Assembly (NCBI GenBank): GCA_026023565.1
Contig: JAPETS010000008.1
Location: 806,001-870,000, forward strand
Direction of reading: 5' to 3'
Length of the DNA: 64,000 bases
Source of the DNA: Cirrosporium novae-zelandiae
Lineage: Eukaryota
Shown piece by piece: positions 24,245 to 37,778 of this stretch. Numbering within the stretch: the first letter of the stretch is position 1; every line of letters starts with the position of its first letter. Both the position numbers and the translations under genes were made by a program. The notes beneath the pieces were generated by a model that was not told the origin of the DNA, ran no database searches, and was given only the letters and a program-made list of their open reading frames with translations.

Positions 24245-24671
24245 TAGATATGGAATATTTAATTGAGAATGGACTGTGAGCAGTAAAACTATGGAGACTG
24301 CCAAAGAACAACTCCTTACTTGCATTGATATAAGCCGAGGGTCCTTTAGGGGCGGGGAAGGGGCGGGGAGGCGTCGTACTAGTGAAGTCAAGATGAGATA
24401 ATCCGAAAGTAGACTTGATGCTGAAGTAATGAGAGCCTATTGACGTCATGAAGCATTAAAAGGAACCTCCAGCTACATCAACTGTGCTTGACTAGGAAAG
24501 GTAAACATTTCCAACCTTTCCACCGTTCCTGTCTACTCAACCACCCAACGTTAGTACTACCACTATATTTATGATCAGGAAGAATAGGGGCCAGATATAA
24601 TTGCACGCCGACAGTTATGAACAGCACAGCATTAAGTAGTATTAAAGCTTAGCTTATTTTCCCTTATATCT

Positions 24672-26039
24672 TCACATGGCATTCTTCATTTCCCGAAGTT
24701 TCCCCATCACATCAATCGGATCCGACAAGCCGACCTTTTTCTGGATTATTGGATCCTGTATGTTTATTAGAACAAAACTCTATAAGAAGTTCCAAGATGG
24801 AGTGAAATACCTCTACCCTCATAAACACGTTATGCCGCTAGAGCCTAAGTTAGCATTCGAAGCATACTGTGCGGACATATCACTAGCCTTCTCAGCTCCC
24901 ATGGTCGACAGACCCGGCGTTTCTTTCTCCTTCTGCGACAATGCATCTAGCTCTTGGATAGCTTGCGAGTCTGGATCTACCGAGACCAGGAACTTGACAT
25001 TTGATTTGGTGTATTCATGACCAGGCTATTTATTTTTGTTAGCAAGAAAGATACTACTGGAACGGTTCGCCTGGAGGATTGGTGAGACCTACATAGACCT
25101 TGGTATCATCTGGTAGCGATGCAAGAATACTGTTCAAAGCAATATACATCTCCTCTGCATTTCCCTCGAAGAACCTTCCACATCCTGTTTATAGTCGCGT
25201 TAGCCATTACAAACTCTTCAGAAACGATACGTTCCATTAACCAACCTCCAATAAAGAGCGTATCGCCAGTAAACACCGCCCTATCACTTCCGTCTTCCAT
25301 GAAATAGCAGATACTATCTTGTGTATGGCAAGGTGTATGCAAAGCCGTGACCGTTATGTTCTCGCCAATCTTGAAATTTGTATTGTGTTTGGGTGTTTCA
25401 GTGACCTTGGCACAGTTATTTCCACCTATAACTTTGACACCACTAAACTCTTTGAGCTATAACACCATTAGCAATGCATTTTGCCTTCCGAGTCTTTAAA
25501 TGCTGTATGTTATACCATAGTATCATTCCCACCAGCGTGATCCCAATGACTATCTTGGTTGTTAACCTAGCCATGGAGTGTTCGGCTGCAAGACAGCTTA
25601 CTGGTGAGTATTCACAATTGCCTTCAGATTGATATTTCCAGACTTAATTTGGTCTTTTAGAACAGGCGCAACCCTACATTATCGTAAGTGCTATGAATAT
25701 TCGCCCATCCCTTGAACTGTGGTGATGCTCACTCGGGAGGATTTGCAGGGTCAATTATGACTGCATCTTTTGTCTTGTCATCTCGAACGAGGTAGGCATA
25801 GTTATTGCCCTTGCCAACCCCTGGTTAGCATTAGCGCTAGCTATCAAAAGACGTCGAAATGGATGATGGGGTTGAGGGGGTCTAACACATGGGAATTGAC
25901 TGGATATGCATAGTGCGAGATGGAGACTGGAATCATGTTAGCTATGATGACAGAATTAATGGCTGTTTCTTACCTTTGCGACAAGTTTATTGATTGGTTT
26001 AAATAGACTTGGATGATGTCGGCTGAATAAATTCATCAT
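24672..26039 (-). CDS. GLO2: Hydroxyacylglutathione hydrolase (glyoxalase II), multi-exon, with optional N-terminal presequence
   Basis: [71 protein letters not shown]. Second start at ATG 25911. Confidence 0.92.
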
Positions 26040-26293
26040 CTTGTTCAACCCAAGTTGAGCAAGTTGAGCAGGATGATTAATTGTACTACAAGTTGATACT
26101 TCCATGACGTCGAATTCCGCAATCCCTATCTTATCAGATCAATATTACAACCTACCGAGCCTCCTTAGGTAGGAGTGACTAATACAATTAAACCTACGAC
26201 AAATCATCAAGACTTCCAAAATCCTGATCATGAGGCGCGCATTAAATATATCTAACACCAAGTTATATCAAGTATTAAACGAATAAAGTTCTA

Positions 26294-27823
26294 TTAAACC
26301 AGTCCTATGGGCTTGGGTATCCAATTACTCGCTTCCTTCCACCTATAAGATCGTACAGTACCTCCACCTAATTGCTTAGATAGTATCGAGTCGATATCCA
26401 AGGAGTCATTGCAGTCGCTATCTAATTCATCGTCAGGACTTGGGCAATCAGCTGTATTCTCCATTACTACATCCTCCTCATTCTCACTCTCTTCTGTGCA
26501 TAGCTTCACAAGAGCTTCCCAACGAGCTTTAAAACGAGCATCTCTTGAGTGACGGACAAGAGTAAGACCCAATTGTAGCGTCCAGTAGTTTTGATTCATC
26601 ATACAAGTGGACATAATACTGTTGAGCTGAACTCTGCGTTGGGGCCATTTATTTAATGTCGATGTTGAAGTTAATATGCGCTCTAACCAAATATAGACTG
26701 CCTCTCGATATGGATCAAGTTTGAGGTCAAGAGAGGATGGGGAAGCGATAACAATACACATTTCGTTTAATAGGAGTCTCAGCAGATATCTCTGAGTGAG
26801 AAAGAGAGACTTTAGCAGCTCGTCCCAAAGGACAAAAGCCCCATTCATAGAAGTTCCGAGCCTAAAATATATCAATACTATATGTATAAGATGAGTTGGT
26901 CATATACACTCACGCTTTATTCGAAGGGATTAGGAATGACTCCTCTAAGAGAACCTTAACCAAGACCTTGGTTGGTTCCGCATGGTTTTTTAGCAACTTA
27001 CTTATTCTATGAGAAGTGCTCGTTGGAGTAACTGTCTGAGATATATTCACTTTTTTAGGGCTGCTGGTGGAGTTCTTTACGACCCGAATGCGGACTTTCT
27101 TATAGGCACGCAGTACCTGGCGCAGATTTTCCTCTAGCGGTAGAACACCATCTCCAGAGGGCTCATTGTTTTCATTGTAGAACATGCCAGTCCGCACACT
27201 CAGGTCACGCCAATAGTTTTCCCAGAGCCAATCCATGGATTGTTTCACCGCTTCTCGCATAACAGTGAGAGATGGTAGTTCACCGTGTGTTGCTTGATGT
27301 CGTAACTCGACAAAGGAGTCTGGCAGTTTGAGCGTTCTTGCAATATCAAACATGGTCCTCTTATAGAGCTTATCATTTTGTTCTATGTCGGTCAAGCCGG
27401 TAACAAATCTGATCGGAAGCCAGTAAGTAAATTTGGAGGTCATTGCGAAGCGATGGGAACTTACCGACAGAACGCAGCAGAATAGGTGGCTTGGACAGCA
27501 AACGGAGAGACATCTGAATCTTGATCAAGAAGTATAGCATCTACAAGCAAAGCCGTGGCTTCTATTGAATGCGGAAGCTGTCCATTCTGAGTCCAGACAA
27601 AAACCTGACAGGTCAGCAGATCAGCAGAGCCCCCGAACCAGGACCATTGAGATATCACCTTGTTTACGGCAAGCTTGCGAAGGTTCCTAATGGCTTGTGT
27701 TTCATCCTCAGGAAATTCCCAATCCCCGTACCCTTCCTTGCGCGCTTGGGTGCGAAAGAAGATATTTCTGATAGCTAGGAGCTCCGACTCCTCACGCCAC
27801 GCAGTAATAGTAGACTGTGGCAT
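26294..27823 (-). CDS. LAS1: Las1 pre-rRNA processing HEPN endonuclease
   Basis: LPHSIEATALL, YSAAFCR|FVTGL, LPDSFVELRHQATHGELPSL (RxxxxH motif), WLWENYW, C-terminal W.PKPIG. Three introns. Confidence 0.9.
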
Positions 27824-28206
27824 TAATCTGTAACCCTAACCAGGGCTCAATCGATTCAAAGGTTTAGGAGAATGGAATAATGTAGTTAACATGGCTTTTT
27901 AATGGATTGTTGAGACTAGTTGAAGAATTGAAGTTCGTGCAACTCAAAACTGGCAGGTGCAGATCACCCGTTGGTTAGCTTGGTGAGTGGGGCCTTCTAC
28001 GAAGTTTAATTTCAGCCTCAATCTTTAATTCCGACTTAAGCTTCACGGTTCTTCACAACGATCCTACATATCTACAAAACCTAAGAGTCAAGTTGAGTTT
28101 AAATTTTCATTCTTCTAGCTAATCGTAGGCAGGATGGGGTATCATGATTCAATGTATCACTGCCGATAAAAATAATAAAACAAATCCATGACTATTGTCA
28201 TCACCA

Positions 28207-29454
28207 CTAGCTTGTCAACCAGGGAACAGAGTTGGAGTGCCCAATATTGAATCCCATCTGGGTTGCAGACATTGGTTGCATTGGATAACAATTTTCATTC
28301 ATTTCGCTCTCCCCATCAAAATAGTAGTTTTTATTAGTAATATCTGCCCTTGAGAAGACAGGTTTCGAGACGGGCTCCACTGGTGGGGGGGTAACGACCG
28401 GTTTTTCGTCTTCATCTTCCGAATCATCTTCATTTTGTGCTTCTTTTTCTGGGGGTGCCCAAGTTTCCTCCAGTTTTAGACCTTTCCCGGCCGACATAAT
28501 TTGCATTACACTATGATCAAGAGTATATGGTGACCCATTCAGATGGAAGAAAGATGACGGTTGAACCGGCAAAGGCTCCGGTGGATCGTATAAACCCATA
28601 CCTATGAGTTCGTCCCCTTTTGATTTCGATAAATCTGACGTAAGATCGGAGGTAGAATCATTAGGTAGGCATTGGATAGGGAGGAGGTCGGGTGTTTCTG
28701 GCGAAGAGCTAGTTGATGGTGAACTAGGCTGCATTAGGTAACTTGAAGGGTATTCCAAAGATGGTCTAACTTCTGACGAAGAATATACACCGGAGTTCGG
28801 AGCCGAAATACCACCCATGTAGTAGTCTGGTGCTATTGATGATTGGTTGCTCCAGCCGCTTGGTTGAGTATCTGAAAAGCTCTCCTGATAATACATCGAC
28901 ATTAAAGGCTGCTGGCGTTCTAAATCTTCCGACATTTCGTTGTATTGTTGCATTTGCGACGATTCCAGTGGAGGTGAAATATTGTAGGTATCATATCCCG
29001 AGGTTGGATACATATAGTTCCCAGACATAGGAAATTCATAGACCATCTCCTCCATAGACGCTTGTTGCTGCTGAGATAACGATGCCGAGGTGGGATGCCA
29101 GCTCACAGGTCTCGAGCGACGATATTGATCGGGTATAATGTCTGATTGGTTCGGCGTTGGCCTGGGCTGCTCTCTGCACTGTTGTCGACCTCGGAAAGAA
29201 GCTTGGCTTGTGACAGACTTGCATCCCCCTAGCTTATTCGGACTGCTGTTGACGCTGTGTGTCTTCATCACCCGTCCCATTTGCATTCTGTGATTTCCCA
29301 TATGCGATGCTCTATTAGGAGCGTGAGCGTATCTCATGGTTGATGGCCATGACGTTTGGGCCGGCGCAGTAGCAAAGAACAGATCCATATCTTTCGAATC
29401 CACACTAGTTGATTGGAAAGGAAGTATATTGTTTCCACCGCAGACTTGCTGCAT
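28207..29454 (-). CDS. Hypothetical, largely disordered protein
   Basis: 415-aa open frame with short motifs SRPVSWHP, DELIGMGLYDPPE and GKGLKLEETW that look like conserved filamentous-fungal blocks. Probable upstream (5' UTR) intron, so the start is uncertain. Confidence 0.75.
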   Translation of the reverse strand: MQQVCGGNNILPFQSTSVDSKDMDLFFATAPAQTSWPSTMRYAHAPNRASHMGNHRMQMGRVMKTHSVNSSPNKLGGCKSVTSQASFRGRQQCREQPRPTPNQSDIIPDQYRRSRPVSWHPTSASLSQQQQASMEEMVYEFPMSGNYMYPTSGYDTYNISPPLESSQMQQYNEMSEDLERQQPLMSMYYQESFSDTQPSGWSNQSSIAPDYYMGGISAPNSGVYSSSEVRPSLEYPSSYLMQPSSPSTSSSPETPDLLPIQCLPNDSTSDLTSDLSKSKGDELIGMGLYDPPEPLPVQPSSFFHLNGSPYTLDHSVMQIMSAGKGLKLEETWAPPEKEAQNEDDSEDEDEKPVVTPPPVEPVSKPVFSRADITNKNYYFDGESEMNENCYPMQPMSATQMGFNIGHSNSVPWLTS

Positions 29455-30789
29455 TGCTATTTTCGATAAGGGTCAAGTAATTGCTGGTATGATCGTTCTG
29501 TCAAAACGAATCAGTATCACCCATGAATCCTAGGTCAACACCGAGAAGCTGGGGGGAGGCTTACTCTTTATAGCTATATGTAACTGGAAACGGCGTGTTT
29601 GAATTGATATGATTCTGGAGCGGATCAGCAGCAAGAAAGAAGAGACTCTAATAGATGACAGCAACGGAGAAGAAGAGGAAGTAAAAGGAAATAAAAGGAA
29701 TAACATCCACAGGGTCCGGATGGTTTTGGAGATGGCTTTGACCATGGCGGGATTGGGAATATCGTGAGAAATGCAATCATAGTTCCGCTAATTAAGAGAT
29801 GCAGATTGCAACTCTCAGTCACGAAGGACAAGTGTAGACCGGAATTGATGAGCCAGGAAGGGCAGGAAGCTAGGGAAGGAGTCTCTGTAGCACGGCTCTT
29901 GGTGGCCGCGTGGGAGGTATCGGCATGATGCACGGTTGCATGCTTGTCTTGTCATAGTTGCTCAGATCGATCGTGTGGGATATGTTGCAGACTGACAAAG
30001 TGTGAAAGTGTGTGGGTTACGGGGGGCCCTCTCAGCCTTTCTCAGAGGCTTGTAAGTAAGTTGGTGGGTTCATCATAGTGCACATAGTGTAGGCAGCGGG
30101 CACAGTTGGTTGTGTGGAAAGTAAAACATTAGAAAGATGTGTCCCCGAAACCCAGACCGCTTGCCTAAGTGGCTCAGGAGTAAAGAAAATTGGGAAAATT
30201 AGGAAAATTGGGAAATGGGTAAAAACTGGTAGATCCATCCGGGAATCCAGGAGTGGTTTACGAAGTATCAGGTTCATATCGAGACCATTCGGTACCTGGA
30301 TACCTAACTACAGTGGTTAACTACTGGGCGAACTAACTTTTTCGTGATTGACAATTGTGCATTGTGCATTTCCAGAAAGCCATTGGAATGAGCATTGGCA
30401 TGGCTCCATCAGCAAATAGGAGGAAGGAAAGCTTGAGCATTAGATCTACCTTGAAATTTACCATAGATAGGCACTGACAGGGTTTCAAACCCACATTCAT
30501 GACTTATCCACTTGCTTGTTCCTTCGATGTTCTAATTAAAAAATGTATATTATCATTCATCGCCATCAAGAGAGGGATCAAGGATAAACACACCTCTTGT
30601 CTGCTGCTCTCTGTCTCTCCTCACTTTGTCTCGACTGTCTCTTTCTGTACGCGCCCCTCTTCTCGGATGACCTTAGCTAGTACAGCAGCTGGATTATATA
30701 ATTAGGCTACTACTAATATGACAAGAAACCATGATGCGAGAGAATAAAATCCTTTTTTTTAAGCAGATACGCGCACGATGGCACAGTCA

Positions 30790-30862
30790 GGGTATCAAGG
30801 GTATCAAGGGTTATTTGGGGTAGTTCAAGGTAGTTCAAGGTAGTTCAAGGGTAGCTCAAGGG
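30790..30862. repeat. Tandem TCAAGG-containing repeats
   Basis: (GGGTATCAA)x2, (TAGTTCAAGG)x3, then GTAGCTCAAGGG. Confidence 0.85.
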
Positions 30863-31202
30863 CAGGATACCAGTAAAGTACAAGAGTTTGTTAGCCATAA
30901 CCAGAGAAACAAATTCAAAGGGTTAGAAAAACCCATGTCCATGGGGCTATTACCGTTTCTGGTTGAAGGGAAGTCCTTCAAGGTTGATGGTTGCTGCGCC
31001 CTACAACAACCAAGTAGTAGAGAAGGGAAGAGAAGGGAAGGGAGGGGGAGGATTAATTTGGTTTTGATTTGTACACCTAACGCCTTCACCTTTTTTTTCG
31101 CCTTCGCCTGACTGCCGATGCCTGGAAGCCTCCTCCTGGACTAGTTTTGGTTAGGGAATGCTAAGGACTAAAGGCTAAGGGCTCTCTGCTCCTCCGCCTA
31201 TG

Positions 31203-31300
31203 CAAACACTCAAAGCACCCAAAGCACCCAAAGCACCCAAAGCACTCAAAGCACCTAAATGCACCCACCTAAAAAGCACCCCACCTAAACGACACCTAAA
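31203..31300. repeat. 9-mer tandem repeat (CAAAGCACC-like)
   Basis: caaacact caaagcacc caaagcacc caaagcacc caaagcact caaagcacc, then degenerate copies. Confidence 0.85.
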
Positions 31301-34300
31301 CATACCCCCCCCTCCCCCCGTCCCCTCCCCAAAAGTACCCAGTTCCCAATTCAATTCAAACCCACCCCCCAGACCCCCAAGACCCATCCCATCCCATCCA
31401 TCCATTCATCTACTAACCAACTAACTGTAAGACCTCAGCGCCTCCCTTCAAACAACCAGCCGCAATCCAATTCCTCTAATCCTTACTGCATCCCTCCCAA
31501 ACATGGGTTAGTCCCCCATACGAGTTACATGGAACAATCATATTTGGTGGGGGAGAGTTTCTAATTGTGGCTGTTGCCCGACTCCAGCGCTCTTCACCGT
31601 GTACATAGTACATTCATAGTAATAGTACGCAGTCCTCTTATGTTTACTCTACACATCTAGATGTCTGATAGTTTCCGGTTGGCGCTGATGAAAAAAAAAT
31701 TCCCATAACTAAAGTGACTTCTACTTAGAGTATCTGTAACAATCCACTTAGACCTATGATACCGGTTCGGTCATGTTCGAGTCAAGGTGGCCCTCGGATA
31801 TCATCAAGCCATCAGACCATTCAGAAATCAAAAACGCATGTACGATCGACTATCCGTATTGACTCCCTCCATTACCTACATGACATAGCCAATATGGATA
31901 GATACGGAGATATGGAGATATCGAGTCTCTTCTTTTGGGGCCTACGCCACGGACACTACGAAAAACTACAAAGACTGGCTGGTCAGAAGTTATTGCAACA
32001 CGATTTTTCACTCCAGCTTTTAATTTCCAAACCCTAAGGAAAGCGGATACACACTCGGATTATGCTCCAATAAAAGTCTTATGGCTTCGGTCCTTCCATA
32101 ACCCAATCGGCAACATATCATCTAGAGCAGTATGAGTCTAAGGACATGTTCCCAAAATGAACTCCTTCAAAGGACATGAAAATCTTCCATCATCTTTTGC
32201 TAGTGACTCGCTTCCCCTTGCTTTTGGAAGTTGGTCTTTATTAATCCGCTAATTTTAAAATTGTAATAACGAATAATGGTCATGATGATAGGATATTCCT
32301 ACGTTATAGCCTCATCGTCAGTCAGTCATGTCCCATGTAGAAACCATCAACTATCAAGTAATACATAGTACATGAGTACTTACTTGATATGGTTTCCATC
32401 ACGGCCAGATGCGTCAGAGACTCAGAGCATTTATCCACCCATAGTTGAATGACTTCCAATAAGCTTTGAAAATTCATGTCCCCAGAATCCTCATCAAAGT
32501 CAGCCGCCACGTTTCACGGCATCCTGGGGATTGCCTGAGAGAACGGAATGTTGCCGGGCCAGCGCGGCCTAAGGCTACCCATAATTCAACCGTAGAAAGT
32601 CCTGTACCTAAACTTTGATGATGTCTTGCTCGGTTTGACGCAGATAACCGATTTAAAAAAGAATCAGGGGCAAGGTGGTGAGCAAAATTCACCTAAGTTA
32701 CCAAATCCTAGAAGGAATCCTACCGACTTTGCCGCCCAAGACGGAAAGAAAGAATGAAGATGAAAAAAAAGGTGGTGGAATACTCGTAGTAGTATTGAAA
32801 TAGCGGCCTGATGGGGAATGGTACCACCCTTGAGTCGGTGATTTGATGTGGAGTTGACGAGTTTTCTTTGCTTGTTCCTCTCCATCCCTCATCATCATCA
32901 ACTGGTTGACTGGTTGATTGACTGATTGACTATGTGACTATGTACATAGCAAACTAAACCTTAGAAGGTTCTGAACTGTGCGCTGACCACCTGGCCTGGC
33001 CAGTGCTAATAAAAAAGTGCCATCATTATGCACCAATAATGAACCAAACACCTTGAACTGTAACCAATCAAATTATACACCGAACCCCATCAAACGGCAC
33101 CACCTGAGGGGCTCTCCCCATGGCCCGAAGCGTCGCCAATTCTATGCATCCTCCAAGTACCTTTACTAAAGTAGTCGGAGACTTTTTTCCACCGTCGACC
33201 CAGTCACCAAAGAGTTCAAGCGTTTGAATAGCTGAATAAGGAGTGGCTTGGAGAACGACAATACTTTGATCCAATCATCTTATCATTCAACCCCCCCCCC
33301 AGCATTCCCAGAACTACCAGGCTTCAAGTTCCGCTTTCCAAACACACGAACATCCACAAATCCATAACCTTACCATCATCTTGGAGATTTCTTGGCTTGC
33401 CTTTCAAGCTATACCACTCGCTGTATCCATCTACTCGATACTCTCGGATGCACCATTTATCAGATCCAGCCCCATCACAATGTGACTTAACTAGCTAGGT
33501 TGTTCTGTTATGATACTAACTAACGTGCATTCATGCCATCGGAGCAAAAAAAAAAGAAGAAATTTAATGTTCGTTCGGCCCTGCCTTTTCTCTCTCATCC
33601 CGGTGAAACTTGAAAGGGTGGCAGATCTTCATCAGCACCAATCCACAAAATTGTAACAAACAAGTCTTTCCCATGACGAGTACACCACAATAACGCATGG
33701 AATGGAGATCATAATTCCGACAACATTTCCGCATCAACTGGTGAGACCTAAGGATTCATGATCAACCGAACTTATTAGTGGATAACAGCTCAGTCATGAA
33801 ATATTGCAACTCATCAGCCGATTTGCCTCCCTAGTTTGATGTTGTAATTATATGGTCAATTAGGCATCGAAGATCCCTAGCCGCAACGTGTGTCCTAACA
33901 CAAACGAATACCGGTGCACACAAACAGTCGGACAACTGAATGGGTTTTCTTCTCTCTGACACACCAACAGTTTGAAATACATGGATCTGGGAAAACTCCT
34001 GCTATTATCGCCTCCTTGGATGACTCCTGGGATGCTGAGGATCTACACCGAATATCTATCTTGCACAACATTTTCTTGACCGGGAAACGCTTCCCAATAT
34101 ATGATGCTAAACCTACTGGCGAAACCGTGATATTGATAAAATGGAATCTATCAAGGTATTTTTCAGGCATCCAAGAGTCAAGACATCCAGTAATAGATCT
34201 GTCGACTCCAGCGACACCGTTCACCCAGGATATTAGCGAACCACTACGGCCCAACCACTCAACAACGTTTTAATAATAAACTAATAGCGACATTAGGAGA

Positions 34301-35498
34301 GTTGCAGGCGAAAGCCTTGTCATGCTCGTGCAAAATTTCAATGAAATGAGACTCCCAGGTTTGGTGGATATAGCTTGAAAATGATCTTGGGCTCCGTCTC
34401 CGCTCTTTCATGATCAACCTCTGAGAAGGGTGGGACGAGCTCTGGAACACTGTGACTCGTGTGTGACCCTTGCCACACTGGTTGCCGATCACTTTACAAT
34501 ACGTCCAAAATCAAACTTTGTCGTTTCTCTTCCCTTTTTTTGAGGTCATCTTACTACACAGCACTTAGTAGACGGCTAACTAATGGTGGTACTCGGAGCC
34601 TCGGCGACTCGTGGTGGACAGATAAAGGACGGTAAAGCGGTACTAAGATACTAAGAGAGGAAGAAGCGAAGGTAGCGAAGGGCACACAGTAACTAGCAAG
34701 GTCCCTTTTTCAGGTTTAGTGGAACCTCGCGAGAGAAATCTAGGGGTAAGCGGAGCATTGATCCGCCATAATCCCAACAACTTTCAAGGTCTACCAACGA
34801 GTTAGTTAGACCATAGACGCTCGTATTTTTCTGTAAATATTTATTTTTTCATTCATGGGGATTTCCGACGTAAAGCCTAACTTATCGTCTTTGAACCTTT
34901 TTTTTTTTTTTTTCTTTCTTGCCCCTCACCCATGTGCTCAGCCTCTTATTTGCGCAAAACTTTATGCAGGGATTGATAGCATCATAGCGAACAACCAGGG
35001 CACCCAAGAGCCAGAAGCATCTGATAAATGGAGCACTTTCTTTATCGACTAGAAGAACTAAAGGTGTCACTAGAAGGCTTCCCAGGTTGAGGAATAACTA
35101 ACAATAATTGTGTAATTATTGAAGGGCCCTCTTCAAAAGCAGATTCCTAAATAGGACAGAAACGCGATCCTCACATACTATGATACTTGACTTTATGAGG
35201 CGCACAACTCAGACCTCAGACTTCACAAGGGATTAGGCTTGACAAAGTTGGAACTTGGGGAAGTTGGAATTCGCAAAGCAATGCTCCGCCTGGTGATGCT
35301 GATGGTGGTGCTGCATGTGCTTCAGCTTAACAAGGAAGGGCTGCGCTATTAGTACTGTAGCGTCATCGATAACGCTCACCCTACTAACTGTGCCTACTAT
35401 TACCATCCACGAAACGAGCACCTTATTAACAGCAGGACGGAAGAAAAGACCCTGGTCGGAAATTGATATTTGATAATCAATAGTTAAATTGTTACCAC

Positions 35499-35517
35499 AA
35501 TAATAGTAATAGTCATA

Positions 35518-35560
<43 letters not shown>

Positions 35561-35580
35561 ACATAGTCATAATAATGAAA
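35499..35580. repeat. (AAT)n microsatellite
   Basis: Long aataataat run with agt interruptions. Confidence 0.9.
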
Positions 35581-37778
35581 TAAATGATACATGCCTAAAA
35601 AATCATTCCTCAAAATCCATACGCGGCCTTTTTTTTTTTTATTTTGTCTCTCTTCTAATTAATTATTAGATGAGCGTGATGAGTTATCAATCAGGCTGCC
35701 CAGGCATCCACCCCATCCATCGTTTCTTCCTTCACTTTCCTATCTCCCTGTAACTCTCTCTACACACTCTACTTGGTAGTTTCTGCCGGTTCCCTTCGGC
35801 TGCACCCTAACGTCTCTGGTATTGTCTCCTTGTCCCTCCATCGCCCTCCATGTAAAAAAAACAATATCATCATTCTCTTACTTAGTCAACTATTTCACCC
35901 TTTACTTACTTACCCCCAGCATGCCCAGTAAAACCTGCTGAACCAAATTCTGTCAAAAACCCGAAAAAAAAGACTCTTTAAGGATCTTAAGGATCTTGTG
36001 CCACCTTTGAATTTTACCCCCTCCCCCCCCCCCTCAATATCCACACCCCATCCATCACACAATTTTAATATTATTTTTTTCCCTTTTCCTTTTTCTTTGT
36101 CACAAGGGTTTTTACTTAGAACAATTAATCGCCCAAAATCGGTGTTGGGGTTTTTATCATTTCTCTCTTACTTCCTTTTTTGTCTTTAACTTAACCCATA
36201 GTAATGATGAGTTGTTTCGGAAGCGCCTACTGCATGCAGCGTTTCACTGCCTGCTCACAACCTCCACTACTCCATACTCCATACTTCAATCCTGTGTACA
36301 GTCCATATGTACTCTCAGGTGGGCACCGGTGACTTGTCTCGGGAATTCTCTCCCCGCAAGGCAATGTAGGCAACGATAAGGTCAGGAATCATGCCGTCTC
36401 GGTTGGCAGCCAGTCGCTTTCAAGGGACCTGTTCTACCCGCAGCTTCCCGAGAGAAAAACTCCTGCAGTCTCCAGTCTGCAGCCCATTACCAACCCCTGG
36501 CCCATAATCCACAAGGGCGGAGCCCTAAGGCAGCGACTGGCGGACTGTTTTCCGAGTTACTCATATTGCTGCTGCTGCTACTATTGCTGCTACCATCCAT
36601 CCTTCTTAGGGCGCAAATTATGCTCATTACAGACTCTTTCTGCCTTTAGGGAGTATCACTTTTGGTTGGATGATGAGGTTCGGTTCCATAAACGGCTTTG
36701 CTGCTTATGCAGTGTGTAAATAGTAATTTTTGGAGGCTGGCAAATAGCACCATTCCCAGAACGTATATTCGCGCATGTGGTAGAGACACCTAAATCATCC
36801 ATACAACGGAAATGATCTCGGGGTAGAAACAACAGAAACATAAGACTTGCCGTTAGAGATTGAGGTTTGAGAATAATTCTCAATAAAGCGGATGTTGTCG
36901 TAAGAGCATCTGATTACCTGTTTTTAGCAAGCCATCCACATAATCACATAATCACATACCATCGTTCGATAGTCGAAGGTGGCCAGTCGCCACAACCAAA
37001 ATATCTCAGATCTCATATGCATATGCGCCATGCCGCCAATCCTTTCACAATAAGACCTGTCATATTTCCAGTTCGGTTGCCGTTGGTACTACCTTGGAGA
37101 AATGCCCAAGAAACAGAAAAGATTATTCCATGCCCATCCCACCCCCTCCCTTAGATAATATTCACGTGGTGTTAGGACCCCATTTTCAGCTATCAAGAGG
37201 TGGTTTGCAGGAGATTCTTAAATGCACTACCAGTCTGACGTGGAGTGGTTGATCCAATATACTCAAGGCGCATATAACAATGCTGTCGATGCTACCTACA
37301 AATTATCTGCAAATTGTCAGCTGCCGTTTCCTAACCCTCCCCCCCCTCCGTCATCATTTTTCTCTCAGTCTTTCCGGGGCCATGTCAAAGTTCTAACCGA
37401 GGCGCCAGTGTGTCTGCAACCATTTCCATGGAATGATCTAAAAGGAAGCATAGAGATTAAACCTAACGATGGATTTTCAACTTGTCGATTTTCCAAATTG
37501 AATTATTGTTGTTGTACACGGCTCTACAACCCATCACACGACCATCAGTATCACTGAAAACGCTAGGTCAACGAATTTATGAGACAATTACATAAGGTAT
37601 TCATTCAGCCATTTAGGCAGCTCAAGGGTATACAAATGCTTGCTTCCGTCACACTCTGATGCCGAGGCAAATGAAGGAGATTTCTTCTGACTAAGGCTCT
37701 GAATCTTTTTCCCAAATCCAACTACAGCTCTCTTTACCCGACAGCTCCTTCAGCTTCACTACACGCACAGTAACTTAT

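Noticed and set aside
30790..31300. Short repeat arrays as a CRISPR-like locus
   Set aside because: Units are 9-10 bp with no unique spacers, there are no cas genes, and the context is eukaryotic.
31200..31424. KAP-repeat/Pro-rich ORF and its Gly-rich antisense ORF
   Set aside because: Explained by a 9-mer repeat and C-runs; no other coding evidence.
31760..31800. GTTCGAGTC T-loop-like motif
   Set aside because: No T-stem, acceptor stem or cloverleaf could be formed.
33457..35027. ATCTGATAA (SreA-type) sites at 33457-33465 and 35019-35027
   Set aside because: They are 3.4-5 kb from the reductase, and the same motif occurs near unrelated genes (15594, 26132); not distinguishable from chance by eye.
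35233..35613. Poly-Tyr/His-rich 126-aa ORF
   Set aside because: Generated by the (AAT)n microsatellite, begins at a non-ATG codon, and shows no copper-transporter or other motif.
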